Assembly: GCF_038025025.1 (NCBI RefSeq)
Contig: NW_027117343.1
Location: 2,418,001 to 2,458,242 of the forward strand
Length of the DNA stretch: 40,242 nucleotides
Reading direction: 5' to 3'
Source of the DNA: Phyllosticta citribraziliensis
Taxonomy: Eukaryota
A model generated the notes under the pieces. That model was not told the DNA's origin, did not search any database, and saw only the letters and a list, made by a program, of their open reading frames with translations. How positions within the stretch are numbered: the stretch's first letter is position 1; each line of letters opens with the position of its first letter. The position numbers and the translations under genes were made by a program. Positions 22,313 through 34,437 of the stretch are shown here, piece after piece.

Positions 22313-25300
22313 CTACCCCCTGAGCCAGTCGACCTCGGCCAATCCGCCAAAGTTGAGCCCCAATCCGCCAATCGACTCCTCGCCCTTGGTGGCGTCGTCG
22401 CCGGTGCCAAAGTCGTTGAACGAGAACGAATTGCACACGTCGCCCATGGCGTCCATGTTCATGAGCGCGTCGAAATCAGCCGTGACGCCCTCCTCGGCCA
22501 TGGCGGCGCCGTGCGCGGGGCCCGCCGTCGCCGTCGTGACGGGGTTGGTCGAGGAAGACGTCGTGTCGAAGAGGTTGGAGAAGCAGTAGCCCTCGTCGGC
22601 GGCGGCGGCTTCGAGGGAGATGTTGGACCAGGGGAAGAGAGAGGAGGAGGGGTCGTTGGATGTTGTTGTTGCCGCGGCGCCGTCGCTCGCGGTGCTCGTC
22701 AGTGGGTTTATGTCCATGCCTGACACAGTCATGGCGGGAGACTCGCCCGTGCCGTTGGCCAGTGTGACGGTGTCGAGGTCGGGCTGCGAGGCGTCGCTTG
22801 CGTGGTGGTCCGAGGCGGGCGGTGTCGAGGCCAAAAAGGTCTCTAGGCGACGGGCAACCTCCTCATCAGACGTGCTGTCGCCGCTTGCGTTGCCAATGGT
22901 CGAGCTGGGATGAACATGTTCGGCAAAACTGTCGGGAGGCGGCGTGATGGTGTTGTAGGGCGTGCTTAGCGAATTGGGGTTTGCAGTGCCATCGAGCTGG
23001 CGGCTGACTGCAACGAGGTCGTCGACTGAAGCCGCCGCGTCCGCCTTGGATCGAGCATTCTGGGATGGTTGTGGGGGTGGGGGAACTGGGGCAATGGTGA
23101 TGCCGGCCTTGCGAATTGCAGCCTCCAAAAAAGCGGTGCTATAATCGGCAGCGGCGTAAAGATCTCGAAGCTTACCCATGACGAGCATGCACTGGCAGAA
23201 TCCGCGAAGGCTGGAGCGGCGCGTCTCCTCATCCTGGGCTTTGATATCGAGAAGGTGAATGATGATGGCCGGCAAGAGAACCGTAACACCAGTTGTGGGC
23301 AAGTATCTAACGAGGTCCAGCGAATCCAGTTTCTGGGCAATGCAAGTAATGGCAACTGCAGCACGGCGAACGTGCCGACGGGAACCCTCAAGCATTTCGA
23401 CGGTTTCAGGATCATCAGCCCCGCTAACGGGCGTGGGAGCAGAAGGAAGGACTTGGGGCCGATGGAGGGCAGACAGCGTCGTGTAAAAAACCATGTGCAG
23501 CAAGGCCTTGTGGAGGTCAATCGACCGGTTTCCCGAGGGCTCCTCTTCGTACTTGGCCTCGTCCGGGAGCTCATTCTGCCACCGCTGTAGCTCTTCGTCG
23601 CAAGCCTGCACGTCACATTTCTGCGAGTCGAGCTTCTTGGGAAGTAGCATCATCGTGGTGCGATCATTCATCAGACCAAGGTTGTTGTTGAGCACACAGT
23701 ACTGCTTGGACAAGACATGACTGATGCATAGGCACAACTTGGCCTTTTGAATGCACAGCTGAGCAAGCTGGCGTTGCTTGGAGACGTCACGGGCAATGAC
23801 GCACGTGCTGGGTATGCAGGTAACGTGCTCCGGAATGGGTTCAAAGTGAAAGTCGTCAAGCGTCATCATTGGAACGTCGTAGTCCTCGTCCTTTATTCGC
23901 GTGGGGCGTCGCATGCCCAGCGCAATGAGGCGGTCACGCATGTACGTGGACCACCAAATGCGCTTCCACAGCCTGACTCGCTTCGGGTCCATGTTGGCCT
24001 TGTTCGGATTCCGGTGGAGTCCAATAGTGTGGGCCACCGAGGTCGCCACGCCCATCCAATGCCAAGTGTCCTTTTGGTCATCGGGGGTCTCGTAATAATA
24101 CGTGAGGAGGAGCAAGGCCTGCACAAGAGAGACACGGTCTTGCTCGTAGTCAAAGTCATACAGAAGCTGGAGGACAGTCAATAACTGTCAGTGCATCCGC
24201 CACTGCGGAGCAATCATCCGTCTCAACTCACCCTAGTCTTTTGGAAAAAGTCTTTTCTGGCTTCTTTCCTGTTCGAGTAGCCGGCCTTGCGCAGGAACGA
24301 CATGTCTGCAAAGGCGCTGCCTGCAAACATGACGGCCTGGAACAGGATCAGGCTGATTTTGCCATTGCTACCGTCTAGCGAGTCGGCCGCAATGAGAAAG
24401 TCGTGCAAGTCTAGCAATGGCATGAACGGATGCACAAATTCGACGTATGCACGCAGCAACTCCGTCTTTAGCTCGGGATTAGGAATAGTCAGGGCGCCCT
24501 TCTTTTCCAGGTACGCAATTTCGTCGGGCCCGATCCGGGGCGGCAGCGGCTTGATGTACAGGGGCAGGCCAGCGGGTCCGTGGGTTTTGGGCGCAATGTT
24601 TGCAAAAAAGGGTTGCTGAGAGCCATTGGATCCGATTCCCGAAGTGCTGTAGCCAAAGGGGCCGTAGGTGGTTGAGGTCGATGCCGTCGACATGCGGCGG
24701 TCAAGCTCGGAGAAGCTGTAGTTGAGGCGCTGTCCGTGGGTCGCATCTGCCGTGCGTCAGTATCCACACTTGGGTGCGCGATTATCGTCAACGGAAGACG
24801 GCGAAACTGACAAATGGAGTGTGGCACGTGTTCCTCGAGGTTGAGAGCGTCATCATGTGACTGGCGCTGGCCATTCAGGGTCGACAAGCCGTCGAGGGCG
24901 TCGCGCGAGGCCAGTTTGCGCTTCCCCACATTGGCGGCGGTGATGTCGACGGGAGCGGCTGCGGGGTTGGAGTCGTCGTCCTTGGTCCACTTTCTGTTGC
25001 GACGTCAGCTTGACGGATCAATGGAGGAACAAAGTCCGAAAGGATGGCTGTTTGGTTCTGCATGCAACGTGGGACGCAAGCCTGTCAGCTGCAGCGCCCC
25101 GCGGACCCTTGCTTGCCGTGGCTGCCAATGACTTTTGCCGGTCCCAAAAGTCCCAAGTGCCGACTTGCCATGGCAGAACAACAACACAATTCAAGGGAGA
25201 CATACTTTTTCCTGCGCGACTCTGACACGATGCACTCGACCTCGTCCAGCCTGCAGTTGGTGCACGGCGCCCCGTGCTCGGTGACGTTACACCGCACTTT

Positions 25301-25486
25301 GCGCGCTCGGCAGCATTGACACGCCTTGGAGGCCCTCCTCTTGACAGAACGCCCGTGGCCATGGCTGTCGAGGCCGGCGGCAGATGCTTTGCGCTTTTGC
25401 TGCTGCTGGTGGGATTGCTGAGATTTTTGCGGGACGGGGTGAGGGCGGTCGACGTGGTCTGCTGTAGAAGCCGGAGAGGCTGACAT
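22313..25486 (-). CDS. farB: Zn(II)2Cys6 transcription factor, cutinase transcription factor 1-beta / FarB family, ~943 aa
   Basis: Exons 25486-25206, 24993-24812, 24746-24232, 24166-22313. Zn cluster KRRASKACQCCRARKVRCNVTEHGAPCTNCRLDEVECIVSESRRKK. Middle homology region LYDFDYEQDRVSLVQALLLLTYYYETPDDQKDTWHWMGVA..IGLHRNP..LWKRIWWSTYMRDRLIALGMRRP, typical of CTF1-beta/FarB. Confidence 0.9.
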
Positions 25487-27326
25487 GATTGCGGCAGTGA
25501 GGCTCAATGGGAGCACTGGCAAAGGAGCGGGAGAGAAGAGAGGATCGAGTTTTGAAGCTCTGAGAGCAGCAGCTGAGGATTTTGATTGCTAGGGCCGGGT
25601 CAGGGCCGGAAGCGGGTAGGGGGGATGGTGGAGGCTTTGTAGGGCGCGATGGATTCGGCGTCTTGTTCTGTGGAGAAGCGGCGGCACCCCGGATTCGCGC
25701 AGATATGGGGTCGTTGGCCGCCGCTAAGCTCGGGCGTGCCCGGGTGGAGGCTTGATAAAAGGCGGACCAGAGACGTCAAAGGAAACGCAGCAAACAGTCA
25801 CACGCCGGGCCAACGTCATGCATCGATGGTGGTGCTGGACTCTGTTCCCAGGCGGCCAAACGGGCGGACGGCAACCAGGGCATGCCTCTGACTGGCGCAG
25901 CACCGCAGCATGTGAGATGATTCCATCGTGACCCTTTTGAAGCTGTGGCGCTACGGCCGCAAAGCCGTCGCCTTTCACATGCTTTGCAAACCATGGCTCG
26001 TTGCTGGTCGAGAACAGCTATTTAGAATTTCCAGGAATCCACCTCGCCGTCGACTCTGACGCACGCGGACGGCCAGCTCTGCGCGCAGTCAGCACCACTC
26101 TTGCTGCTGCGCTGTGCTCTCGATTCAATGCAAACGGAGAAGACTCGGATCAGCACCATCATGGTACAGTAGTCTAGACGGATATCCCTCACTGCGCTCA
26201 CTGCCTCTGCTCGACGACGCGAGTACCCACCCAGATGTGCAAGACAGGGGGACGCTGCGTCGGCGGCGCCCTGTTCATGTCATTCTGGACCCGCACAGCT
26301 GTGGGTCCCGTTTGGGGACGGACCTCGAGCCTCGAGCTCTCGACCGAAAACTCAACAGAAGCCGTGTTCGAAATACACCCCTTGTGCCACGCATGGCGGC
26401 GCGGCTAGACCCGGCATAATTGCACCAGACGCGTGAGGACAGGACCAGGAAGCTGAGCTGAGCTGAGGAAATGGACCAAGACCCGACATCCATGTACATT
26501 TCGACCCTCGTGGCTGAGCGACCTGCCAAGGCCGGAAAAGACTACTGCCGCCCGACCTCGATGCAGTCAGTAATGCCTGCGTGTGTGTGCCAATTGAAGA
26601 CGCGCCTTTCATCCGTGTTGCAGCAGCGAAACAGCGTCGAGTGATTAATACACAGCCCCGGCGATCAGCACCGCACCGCACACGACCGACGCCCAATCCC
26701 AATCCCACCTTTAACTACACCAGGCAGTCTGTCTCTGTGCAAGCGAGCATGCATGTCCGTCACAATGCGCCCTCACCGGATTACTCACCAATCCGGCCGT
26801 ACCTGCATGCCCCTCCGCATCTGGGTTTCTAAGCATCGCGCAAGGCGGTCAGCCTGGACCTTTTCCCTGTGGCGGCAGAATCCGGCTCTTATGGGCAAGC
26901 AGGCCTCCCTCAAGCTGTGGCGTCCGACATGTGCGGGGTCCCCGCAGCAAGCACCCACGGCACGACTGACAAGACGACCGGGCGCCGTCATCGGAGCATC
27001 AAAGAAAATGACCATCGACTCTCATCGCTGTCGACTGCTGCTCGACCTCGACTCTGGTCGGCGTCAGATTTGACTCCCACGTGCCACCTCCCAGACGCGC
27101 CATGGCCTCCGCCATGTTTCTTGACCGACGCCTCAAACACTTGATCTCACCTGAAGACTCTGATCCAACGCCGTGGTCGAAACAACACCCCTTTCACCTC
27201 CCCCACCACCCCACCACCACAAACTCAACCAGATCCCACTCGGCACTCGCTTCTGCCGCTTCCCGCATCAACACCAACCAACACCATCGCCAGTCATCCG
27301 ATCTCCCCCATCTCGTCTTGCGCAAC

Positions 27327-27355
27327 TCGCATCGCATCGCGTCGCATCGCATCGC
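27327..27355 (+). repeat. Imperfect (TCGCA)n microsatellite in a C-rich tract
   Basis: tcgcatcgcatcgcgtcgcatcgcatcgc read directly from the sequence. Confidence 0.8.
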
Positions 27356-27853
27356 CCTACCCGCCTCCGCCCACTACACCATCGCCACATGCCCCATTTC
27401 CGACCCCAATTCCCGTCCCGCCAAACCGTCCTCTCCCCACCCCAGACATCCCCGTCTCCCATCTCCCGCCTGCCCGCCTTCCGTCGCCGTCCTCCCCACG
27501 TCCCGCTGTTCTCTCGTCCGTAGTGTATAGTTGCCTAGTCTCTCGCGTGCCTCGATGCCTCAAACCACGCTCCCCTCTCTTCCTCGCTACCAGAGCCTCC
27601 ATCGTGCATCGGCATCGCCGACCCGCCGACTTCGCGCTGCCGTGTTTCCGTTCCGCCCCCCCTCCCTCCTCAATTCCGCCCAGACACCCCACAACACCTT
27701 AGCCCAGCGCGGCGGCTCTCGGCGCGGGACGCGCGCGCCCTCCTGCTTCCGGTGCGGGAGCTCACTGACCTCACCGCCGACGGAGAAGGTCCACGCGCGC
27801 GCGCTTTCGCTTCCCCTTTCAGATGGCGAAAGAGGTAGGTAGGTCAGCAGACG

Positions 27854-27873
27854 GGCAGGCAGGCAGGCAGGCA
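27854..27873 (+). repeat. (GGCA)5 microsatellite
   Basis: ggcaggcaggcaggcaggca read directly from the sequence. Confidence 0.8.
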
Positions 27874-28496
27874 GGTCCGCCACACGCAGGAAGCCGTGCG
27901 GGCGGTAGCGCTACCGGATGCGGTAACGTAGTCGCCCGACGGGTTAGGATCGTAGCGTGTGATGAGTGATCTGATCGGTATGATCCCATGCCGCTTCTGC
28001 TTTGGGGTCGGGTTTGTTGGGAAGTGGTCGTCATGGGGAGGAGTGCGAGTTGTGGGGAAGGCCGAGATTGAGGGGGTGGTGATTGGGGGGAAACGAGGGG
28101 GTGGTGACGTGTGGGGTCTTTTTTGACAAAGTTGGTTTTGATTCATTGGCCTTGATGCCCTCGTTGCTGTAGTCAGTGCTGTTGCGCAAAATGACGACTT
28201 GTCCACTCCAACCGTGGATGTCTTCCTTGCTGTACTGCACCAAGCACTTGCTGCTTCTCAGGAATCAGCTCCGTGTCGAGAAAACAGAATTCTGCTCTCC
28301 ACACATTTCCAAATCAATGCCTTCACGCAGATCCAGCTTCCACGGGCGACTGGATTTGACACAACAGATCGACGAGTACCACGTCATCAATTCGCTTGCG
28401 CTGCTGATCTCAACTTTATTCTCTTTCCAAAGTCTTTCCACTGCCATCGTCCAAGACCTTCATGCCCCAGGAAGCTCGGACATCTCGGAAACTCTT

Positions 28497-30123
28497 TCAC
28501 AGCTTGGCGCTTCCCTTTGCGCCCAGCTTCTTCATCTCCACCTGGTAGTTCTTGACCAGCTGCCTAACAGCCAAGTCGAGCATGACGTCTTCGGAGCCGC
28601 CAGGGATGCGCTGGCCGGGGACTTCTCTGTAAAGACCTGTGGATTGGAGCGGTCAGCAGCAGTTTCATTTGTCACGGACCACGCAAGCCAGGTCAACTCA
28701 CGTTCAGCAATCTCGCCCAGGCCGGTCCGCGTGTATCCATTCCCGCCAAACAGCAGCACCGCGCAGCGCGCACACTCGTCAAACACGATGCCCGCGCGGG
28801 CCTTGACCAGCGCCGTGAGGCCGCCCAGCTTGACGTCCGCCTCGGACCGGCTCAGATGACACATCTGGTACACAAACGAATCGACCCACGACTGCAGCGA
28901 CTCGAGTTCCGCCCCAGCTTTGGCAATGCGGTGCCGCACCACGGGCTGGTTGATGAGCGGCGCCCCAAAGGCCTCGCGCGCCATGACGTACGACACGGCC
29001 GAGGAGAGGGCGACGCGGGCGTAGCGGGTTGCGCTGATGGCAATGGACAGACGCTCGTGGTTGAAGTTCATCACTATGGGCAGTCGGTTAGTGATTTGCT
29101 GCTCCTTCTCGCGGTCCACGTCTGGCGGAGCCACATACTGATGTACTTCATCCCCATGCCTTCTTTTCCAATCAAGTTCTCCACTGGAACCACCACATCA
29201 TCCAGCTCAATAAACGTCGTTCCCGCCGTATACTGCCCGCCCAACCTCAACCGCCGCATGTTGACGCCCTTGTGCCCCTTCAACGGTACTACCACCATGC
29301 TCAGTCCGGCGGCACCGCTTCCTTCCGGCCCCGTTCGCACTGCCATGCTTGCGTAGTCGCTCCATATCCCGTTCGTGATCCATTTCTTCGTGCCGTTGAT
29401 GACGAAATTCTTTCCGTCGGGCGTGCGGACAGCGGTGGTCGAAATGTTGGCCACATCGGACCCAGCACTGGGCTCGGTAATGGCGATGCAGATGCGTTTG
29501 CGGCCGCTCAGGAGGTCGGGAAGGAAGCGGGACTGGAGCGATTCGGAGCCAAACTTGACAATGGGCGGAACACCGTACGCCATGCCGACGGTGAGGGAGC
29601 CACCAGGCCCGGAGATGCCAACGCGGGAGAGCTACGCGTTGTCAGACGAGTTTGAGCTAGCTCCGGCATATTCCCATGCGCGTGTGCGTCCATCTCCTCC
29701 AGGGTCATGGTACCATGGCCCCAGCTTCTCAAAGATCAAGCCCACACGGCGGAAGTTTCTGCCAAAAAATGTGGCTCAACTCACCTCATCCCACCAGATC
29801 CCCGCGTGCAAGTAGTCAAACTCTTCTATTTTCAAACCGCCGGGCAGCTGAGTCATCCCGCTCTTTTTCAACCACTCGATGGGCAACGGCGCCGGCAGGC
29901 TTGGCACCAGCATTCCAGCCTTTGAAAACGTCTCGTAGAGATGTGACGGGACGTCGCCCGCTTCCTCCCATTCAAAGGCATTCGGAAGGAGGTGTTCGTC
30001 AACAAAAGCTCGAACGGCCTTTTGCCAGCGGAGGTGTGACTCGGAGTAATAGGGCGAAGGAAGCCCCGCGAGGTAGGCCGGTTCGGCGAAGGGGACCGGG
30101 TACGTGGGGATCGTTGGCGCCAT
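28497..30123 (-). CDS. Acyl-CoA dehydrogenase with C-terminal PTS1 (-AKL), probably peroxisomal, ~447 aa
   Basis: Exons 30123-29785, 29631-29139, 29073-28702, 28636-28497. Motifs PFAEP..LAGLPSPYY, CIAITEPSAGSDVA, INGTKKWITNG, ENLIGKEGMGMKYIMMNFNHERL, FGGNGY, RIPGGSEDVMLDL. The protein ends ..GSAKL*. Confidence 0.95.
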
Positions 30124-30260
30124 CTTGGAGGAGGGTCGGGTAGTTTTGGCCGGGAAGAAGGTGGACGAGGTCAAGGAGGGAGGTCGAGAAGCAACGGCGC
30201 GCTCATGATGGACCTGAAGGAGGTGGTGTAGAGCTGAGGTCTGGCATGGCTTTGCCGGAC

Positions 30261-30317
30261 GCGGGGCGGTCAGTTAGCCGAACCCCAGGCGGAGTAGCGT
30301 GGGACGGCCAGCCGAGG
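30261..30317. promoter_or_regulatory. Putative FarA/FarB site CCGAGG (30312-30317) and CreA-type site GCGGGG (30261-30266) upstream of the acyl-CoA dehydrogenase
   Basis: Motifs lie 140-195 bp upstream of the ATG at 30123. CCGAGG/CCTCGG is the established FarA/FarB core in fatty-acid and peroxisomal gene promoters; SYGGRG is the CreA consensus. Confidence 0.45.
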
Positions 30318-31260
30318 CTGCGAGAGTCATGAGTCTGGGATGCTGAAAGCGGTTTGAGTCGTTGACATTGACCTTTGATCCTGCCAACTTTTTTTCGTCC
30401 TCACTCCGACATCGCCTCTCGAAGAGGCTTGTTTTGCAAAGTATTCGACCTAGGGCCTCGCCACGCTATTCTCAGTCCTGAAAATGCACCATCTGCGGCA
30501 TGCTGGCCGACCAAGGATCGTCTTGCACTCCTTGGTGGCATCAACACCATTACCGTGCTACTCTAGGGTGCCGACTTCCAGCAATTTCTAATCGTTTCCC
30601 TTCTTACCTCGCTCCATCTGTCGCCTCTCCTTCAGAGCCGCACTGCGGCCTTCCACGTTAGCTCAGAAGGGCCATCGCCACCACAATTCTCTCCATTGCA
30701 GCTGGTGAGACGCGCCCCATCTCCAGGATCCGCTCATGCAACACGTCATCTACAGTGCCGGAGCAGTCACATACCTCTTCTCCGGTCATGGCGTCAAGTC
30801 CTCCAGCTACCACCTGCACTTGGCCCAGTTCGGGGCGCGAAACCCCTCACGCTTCTACGTCCAACATGGAAACTGCTTTCTAGCGTCACAGCTGCACCAT
30901 CCGGAGTTAGTGGCCCTGGATCATTTCTTATGTCCAGCCTCGATCTATCCGTCTATCCGTCCTCCTTTCCCCGCATTCTTGATCCTGTTTGCTTGCATGG
31001 ACAGTTGCGTATATCAATGTCAAAGAGCATGGGTTTGTTTGCTTCTCCATATCCAAGTGGGATCTCCCCGAGTCCAAGCAGGTCTGTCTGGGTCGTCAGT
31101 GGATAGATTATCATGTTCTAAGCAGGAAGTTCAATCGCAACGAATAGGCGCCATATACACATGTATGCAAATAATTGTGAGTATCAACAATGAAGAAAAT
31201 TTATTACATGTCTACCAGGAGGGGGGGTGACGGGGTTCACCACACTAACTCCAACATCCC

Positions 31261-31659
31261 CTAATTGAAAGCCTCGTCTTCGAACAGCTTCTTCGGATGC
31301 ACATCTCCCCAAGCCAACCGCCTCCCCTTCTCCTCCTCCTTCTTCCCAAACATGGCCCTCGCCCAGAGCGGCTCCTTGTCGCTCCTATCCGCCTCCGTCC
31401 ACGGGCCCTGCCCCTTCCCCGCCGCCTTCGCGTCTTCGATCCAGCGCTCGACGGCGTCGACGCACTCCGCGCGCGAAGCTTCGAAACTGACTTTTTTGCC
31501 ACTTTTTGTCGCTGAGGCGCCAGGGAGTGGTGTCGCGAAGGCGCGCAGCAGGACGCGGGTTGTCGTTGTGGGGCTGGGGGTTGTGAGGGTGAAGGTGACG
31601 GTTGACTTGATGGCGGAGGGCTTGGAGGTGCTTTGGGTAGCACGGTGTGAAGGGGCCAT
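31261..31659 (-). CDS. Hypothetical protein, ~132 aa (start uncertain; ORF open to 31905)
   Basis: Intronless ORF with GC-rich third positions: a Thr/Ser/Pro-rich N-part, then a charged W-containing domain (AECVDAVERWIEDAKAAG..PLWARAMFG..LAWGDVHPKKLF). No family recognised. Confidence 0.45.
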   Translation of the reverse strand: MAPSHRATQSTSKPSAIKSTVTFTLTTPSPTTTTRVLLRAFATPLPGASATKSGKKVSFEASRAECVDAVERWIEDAKAAGKGQGPWTEADRSDKEPLWARAMFGKKEEEKGRRLAWGDVHPKKLFEDEAFN

Positions 31660-32714
31660 GATGGGGAGGAGTTGCGAGGGCTCGGCCAGCATTATTATTG
31701 GTGGTGGTATGTGTATGGGCTTTATGAAATCGCAAGGGTGTGTGGTGAGGATGGTTGCAACAGTGCTGCCGGCAGCGCTGTTTGTGGCGTGGGTTTGCTG
31801 GGCAAAGTGGACGACGAAGCAAAGGCATTGGGAACGAGGACCCAGCAGCCTGGCCTTATCTATCCTGTGAGTTTTGATCATGGCATAGATGACGTGGTGA
31901 CTCATCTGTAGACAAAGGACTCCTTGTGAGGCTTGTGGAAAGACGTGAGTCTTTCATGACGGATCGGAAGACATACGGGCAGAGCGAACAACGCGGCTTT
32001 GTGGGCAGTGATAGAATATAGAAGACAAAGAACATTACTGGAGCAAGGCTTTCACGGCTCCTTTGACGCAGGGGTTCTTTTGTCTTCTCCCAAGGGGCAG
32101 AATACAATGTAAAAAACCAAAACACTGAAGAATTAGAGTTTAATGGAAAAATCCGAGGGCTTGGTATTCGAATCGTTCTGACCTTGAAACGCACACGAAC
32201 AAACCATCCTGATGATGAAGAGTCAAGAAACTTTTTCTTGCCCATTTACGCACTTGTAGAATGCACTTTGCAATTGGATGATGATTGAATGGTAGCTGAG
32301 CAGCCAAGTGCAAGGCTCGAAATCTCGAGGGTGGCCTTGATCATCAAGCAATCATGAAAGCTTGAAGGGAAAAATTGGATAGGAATGGGGGTAGAAATTA
32401 CGAGAAATCAAGGAAGTCTGATGTGAGGAGCACTAAAATGTAGAAAGGCAGAGTTCTCTTCACAGGCGGTTTGAAAGATACAACTTTGTCCTGACGTTGC
32501 GGACATATCTATGAAGCTCTTCTCCAACACTCCAGCGGATACAGGGAATATTTCACCAAATACATACTACCATCACATTACGTCATTTGCACCAAGCTTG
32601 CTCATGAGTACAACTCGATTAAGCTGTTTGATATTACCGACTCGCTGATTCCCCAGTTTGTCCAGCAAACTTTTCCAACTCACTTACCTACACGAGACAC
32701 AAACGTCTGGATAC

Positions 32715-34394
32715 CTACAACACGTCTGACTGCTCGTACTGCACGCACTCGCGGCAGCCGGGAACACAAGGCGCTTTCCAGGGCCGGAAGTGGACAACCT
32801 GGCCCTCCGAATCTCTCTGCAGATGCCCCCCTACGGTGGGGTCGCCCCCATACTTCTCGACTCGGAAGAGCTGCGCAGCGTGCATGAACCTAGGATAAAA
32901 TGACTCCTTCTTCTCTTCCTGTGGCTTCTTGAAGGCAAGAGGAATGGTCGCGGCAGCAGGCTTGACAGGACTCTTGATGCCGGAAAAGAGTTGCGAGGCA
33001 TAATCCGGCTTCGAGGCATAGTTGACGCCAGCGGGGTTCAAAGAAGCGATGGTCGGAGGAAGATAGGCCCTCTCAGTTGGCATGGCCTCGCCAGCGTCCA
33101 TGCCCAAAAACTCGCGACGCTGCTGCTCGAGGCGTTCGTTGAGCTTTTGCAATTGCTGCTTTTGATGCTTTTCGAAATCGAGTTGCGCCTGCATCTCTCG
33201 GTGAACCATCCGAAGCCTCTCCGCTTCAAGTCCGCTTTCAAACGTCTCAAGCTTCTTGCGAGCCTCAGGATGCACGCGCGCCACGTTCTGAAGCACTCTC
33301 TTTTGCGCATCCTTGGCCCTCGACAAAGCTTGAGCGGCCTGGTTCTGCGCAGTCCAGACGATGAATGCGTGCTCGGCGGCCCGCAGGATTGCCGCGTCGT
33401 TGTTTATGTTCTTGTGGCCCTCAAGCCCCACGTAACCTGGATGGCCGGCAATGTCCACGAACCTACGCTCCTTTTTCTTCTCCTCTTCAGTGGTGGCACA
33501 AAGATATTGGTAGTAGACCGTGTCACTGGTGACCCTGATGGCACTCACGCCATTTTGTCTCAACCAGGCATCATAATTCTTGAGGAGATCGTCGACGTGG
33601 ACATTTGTCTGATATGTCTGATTCGCAGGCTCGGGCTGCTTGGTAGGCGACGCAATCTTTGGAGGCTGGAGATCGTTTAGAACCCGCAAAAGGGGCTCAA
33701 ACTCAAACCCGCCGTCTCCATGCTGCGACATCGACGAGGCCATTTTCGTGATCAAATCGGAAATAGTCGTCCATAGCCGGTCAACAAGTGCCGAGTCGGT
33801 TATCACAGCAGTGGGGTACGTCCACATGTACCCGAGTAGGGTACTCAAGAGCTGCTGAATGGTTTCGTCCTTGTGGGGTTGCTGGTTGAAGTGAGACTGC
33901 ATCGCATCGAAGGCTTTGAGCTTGTGATCCAGTTCGCTCGGTGATAGATCTCTGGTCATCTGCATGTGAAACATCTCTTTCAGGGTTTGAAGAGCCAGTA
34001 TGGTCTCTGCGGACAGTGTGAATGACCTCGCCAGGAAGTCGTTCTGCTCTTTTTGTAGGAGTTCAGCTGTCTCTCTTTCCAGTTTTCGCTTCTGGTCATA
34101 TTGCTGCTTTAACCAGGCCGCGTGGAGCTCTTGCTGCTGAGGGTCCAATTTGCTGTAGGGTTTGTCGTTTTGCTTTTGTTCCTGCTGGCCTGCTGGCTGG
34201 TTCTGAGACCCGTCGGTGGGGTTGTATTTATGTCCTGCCTTCGGTTTCTTCCCTTTGTAGTTTGGGCTGATGTAAGCGCCATTGCCATTGTTGGGATCAT
34301 TCTGTCCATTCTGTGCCTGGTTATTTGGCTGCTGGTGGTTCGGCTGCTGCTGGGTTTGCTGCTGCTGGTTACGGCGGTTCTTGTTGTTTCCCAT
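32715..34394 (-). CDS. Hypothetical protein, ~559 aa, with Q/N-rich N-terminus, coiled-coil segments and C-terminal CxxxCxxC
   Basis: Uninterrupted 1680-nt ORF from ATG 34394 with protein-like composition. No family recognised. Confidence 0.7.
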   Translation of the reverse strand: MGNNKNRRNQQQQTQQQPNHQQPNNQAQNGQNDPNNGNGAYISPNYKGKKPKAGHKYNPTDGSQNQPAGQQEQKQNDKPYSKLDPQQQELHAAWLKQQYDQKRKLERETAELLQKEQNDFLARSFTLSAETILALQTLKEMFHMQMTRDLSPSELDHKLKAFDAMQSHFNQQPHKDETIQQLLSTLLGYMWTYPTAVITDSALVDRLWTTISDLITKMASSMSQHGDGGFEFEPLLRVLNDLQPPKIASPTKQPEPANQTYQTNVHVDDLLKNYDAWLRQNGVSAIRVTSDTVYYQYLCATTEEEKKKERRFVDIAGHPGYVGLEGHKNINNDAAILRAAEHAFIVWTAQNQAAQALSRAKDAQKRVLQNVARVHPEARKKLETFESGLEAERLRMVHREMQAQLDFEKHQKQQLQKLNERLEQQRREFLGMDAGEAMPTERAYLPPTIASLNPAGVNYASKPDYASQLFSGIKSPVKPAAATIPLAFKKPQEEKKESFYPRFMHAAQLFRVEKYGGDPTVGGHLQRDSEGQVVHFRPWKAPCVPGCRECVQYEQSDVL

Positions 34395-34407
34395 TGTCGA
34401 AATTTTA

Positions 34408-34437
34408 TCTGTATCAAACAGGGTCTGTATCAAACAG
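34408..34437 (+). repeat. 14-bp direct repeat TCTGTATCAAACAG x2 just upstream of the orphan ATG
   Basis: Copies at 34408-34421 and 34424-34437. Confidence 0.7.

Noticed and set aside
3632..30123. Many long antisense or alternate-frame ORFs over the called genes (e.g. 6914-7513, 16007-16909, 13519-14238)
   Set aside because: Shadow ORFs caused by GC-rich codon usage of the real genes.
30696..31230. ORFs of 136 and 164 aa divergent from the acyl-CoA dehydrogenase
   Set aside because: No motifs or clear codon bias.
32209..32299. C/D-snoRNA-like boxes (ATGATGA..ATGATGA..CTGA) and a CTGATGA..GAAA hammerhead-like core
   Set aside because: No rRNA complement of 10 nt or more that I can identify, no D' box and no good terminal stem. 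The hammerhead stem II is non-canonical and stems I and III are missing. A snoscan run would settle it.
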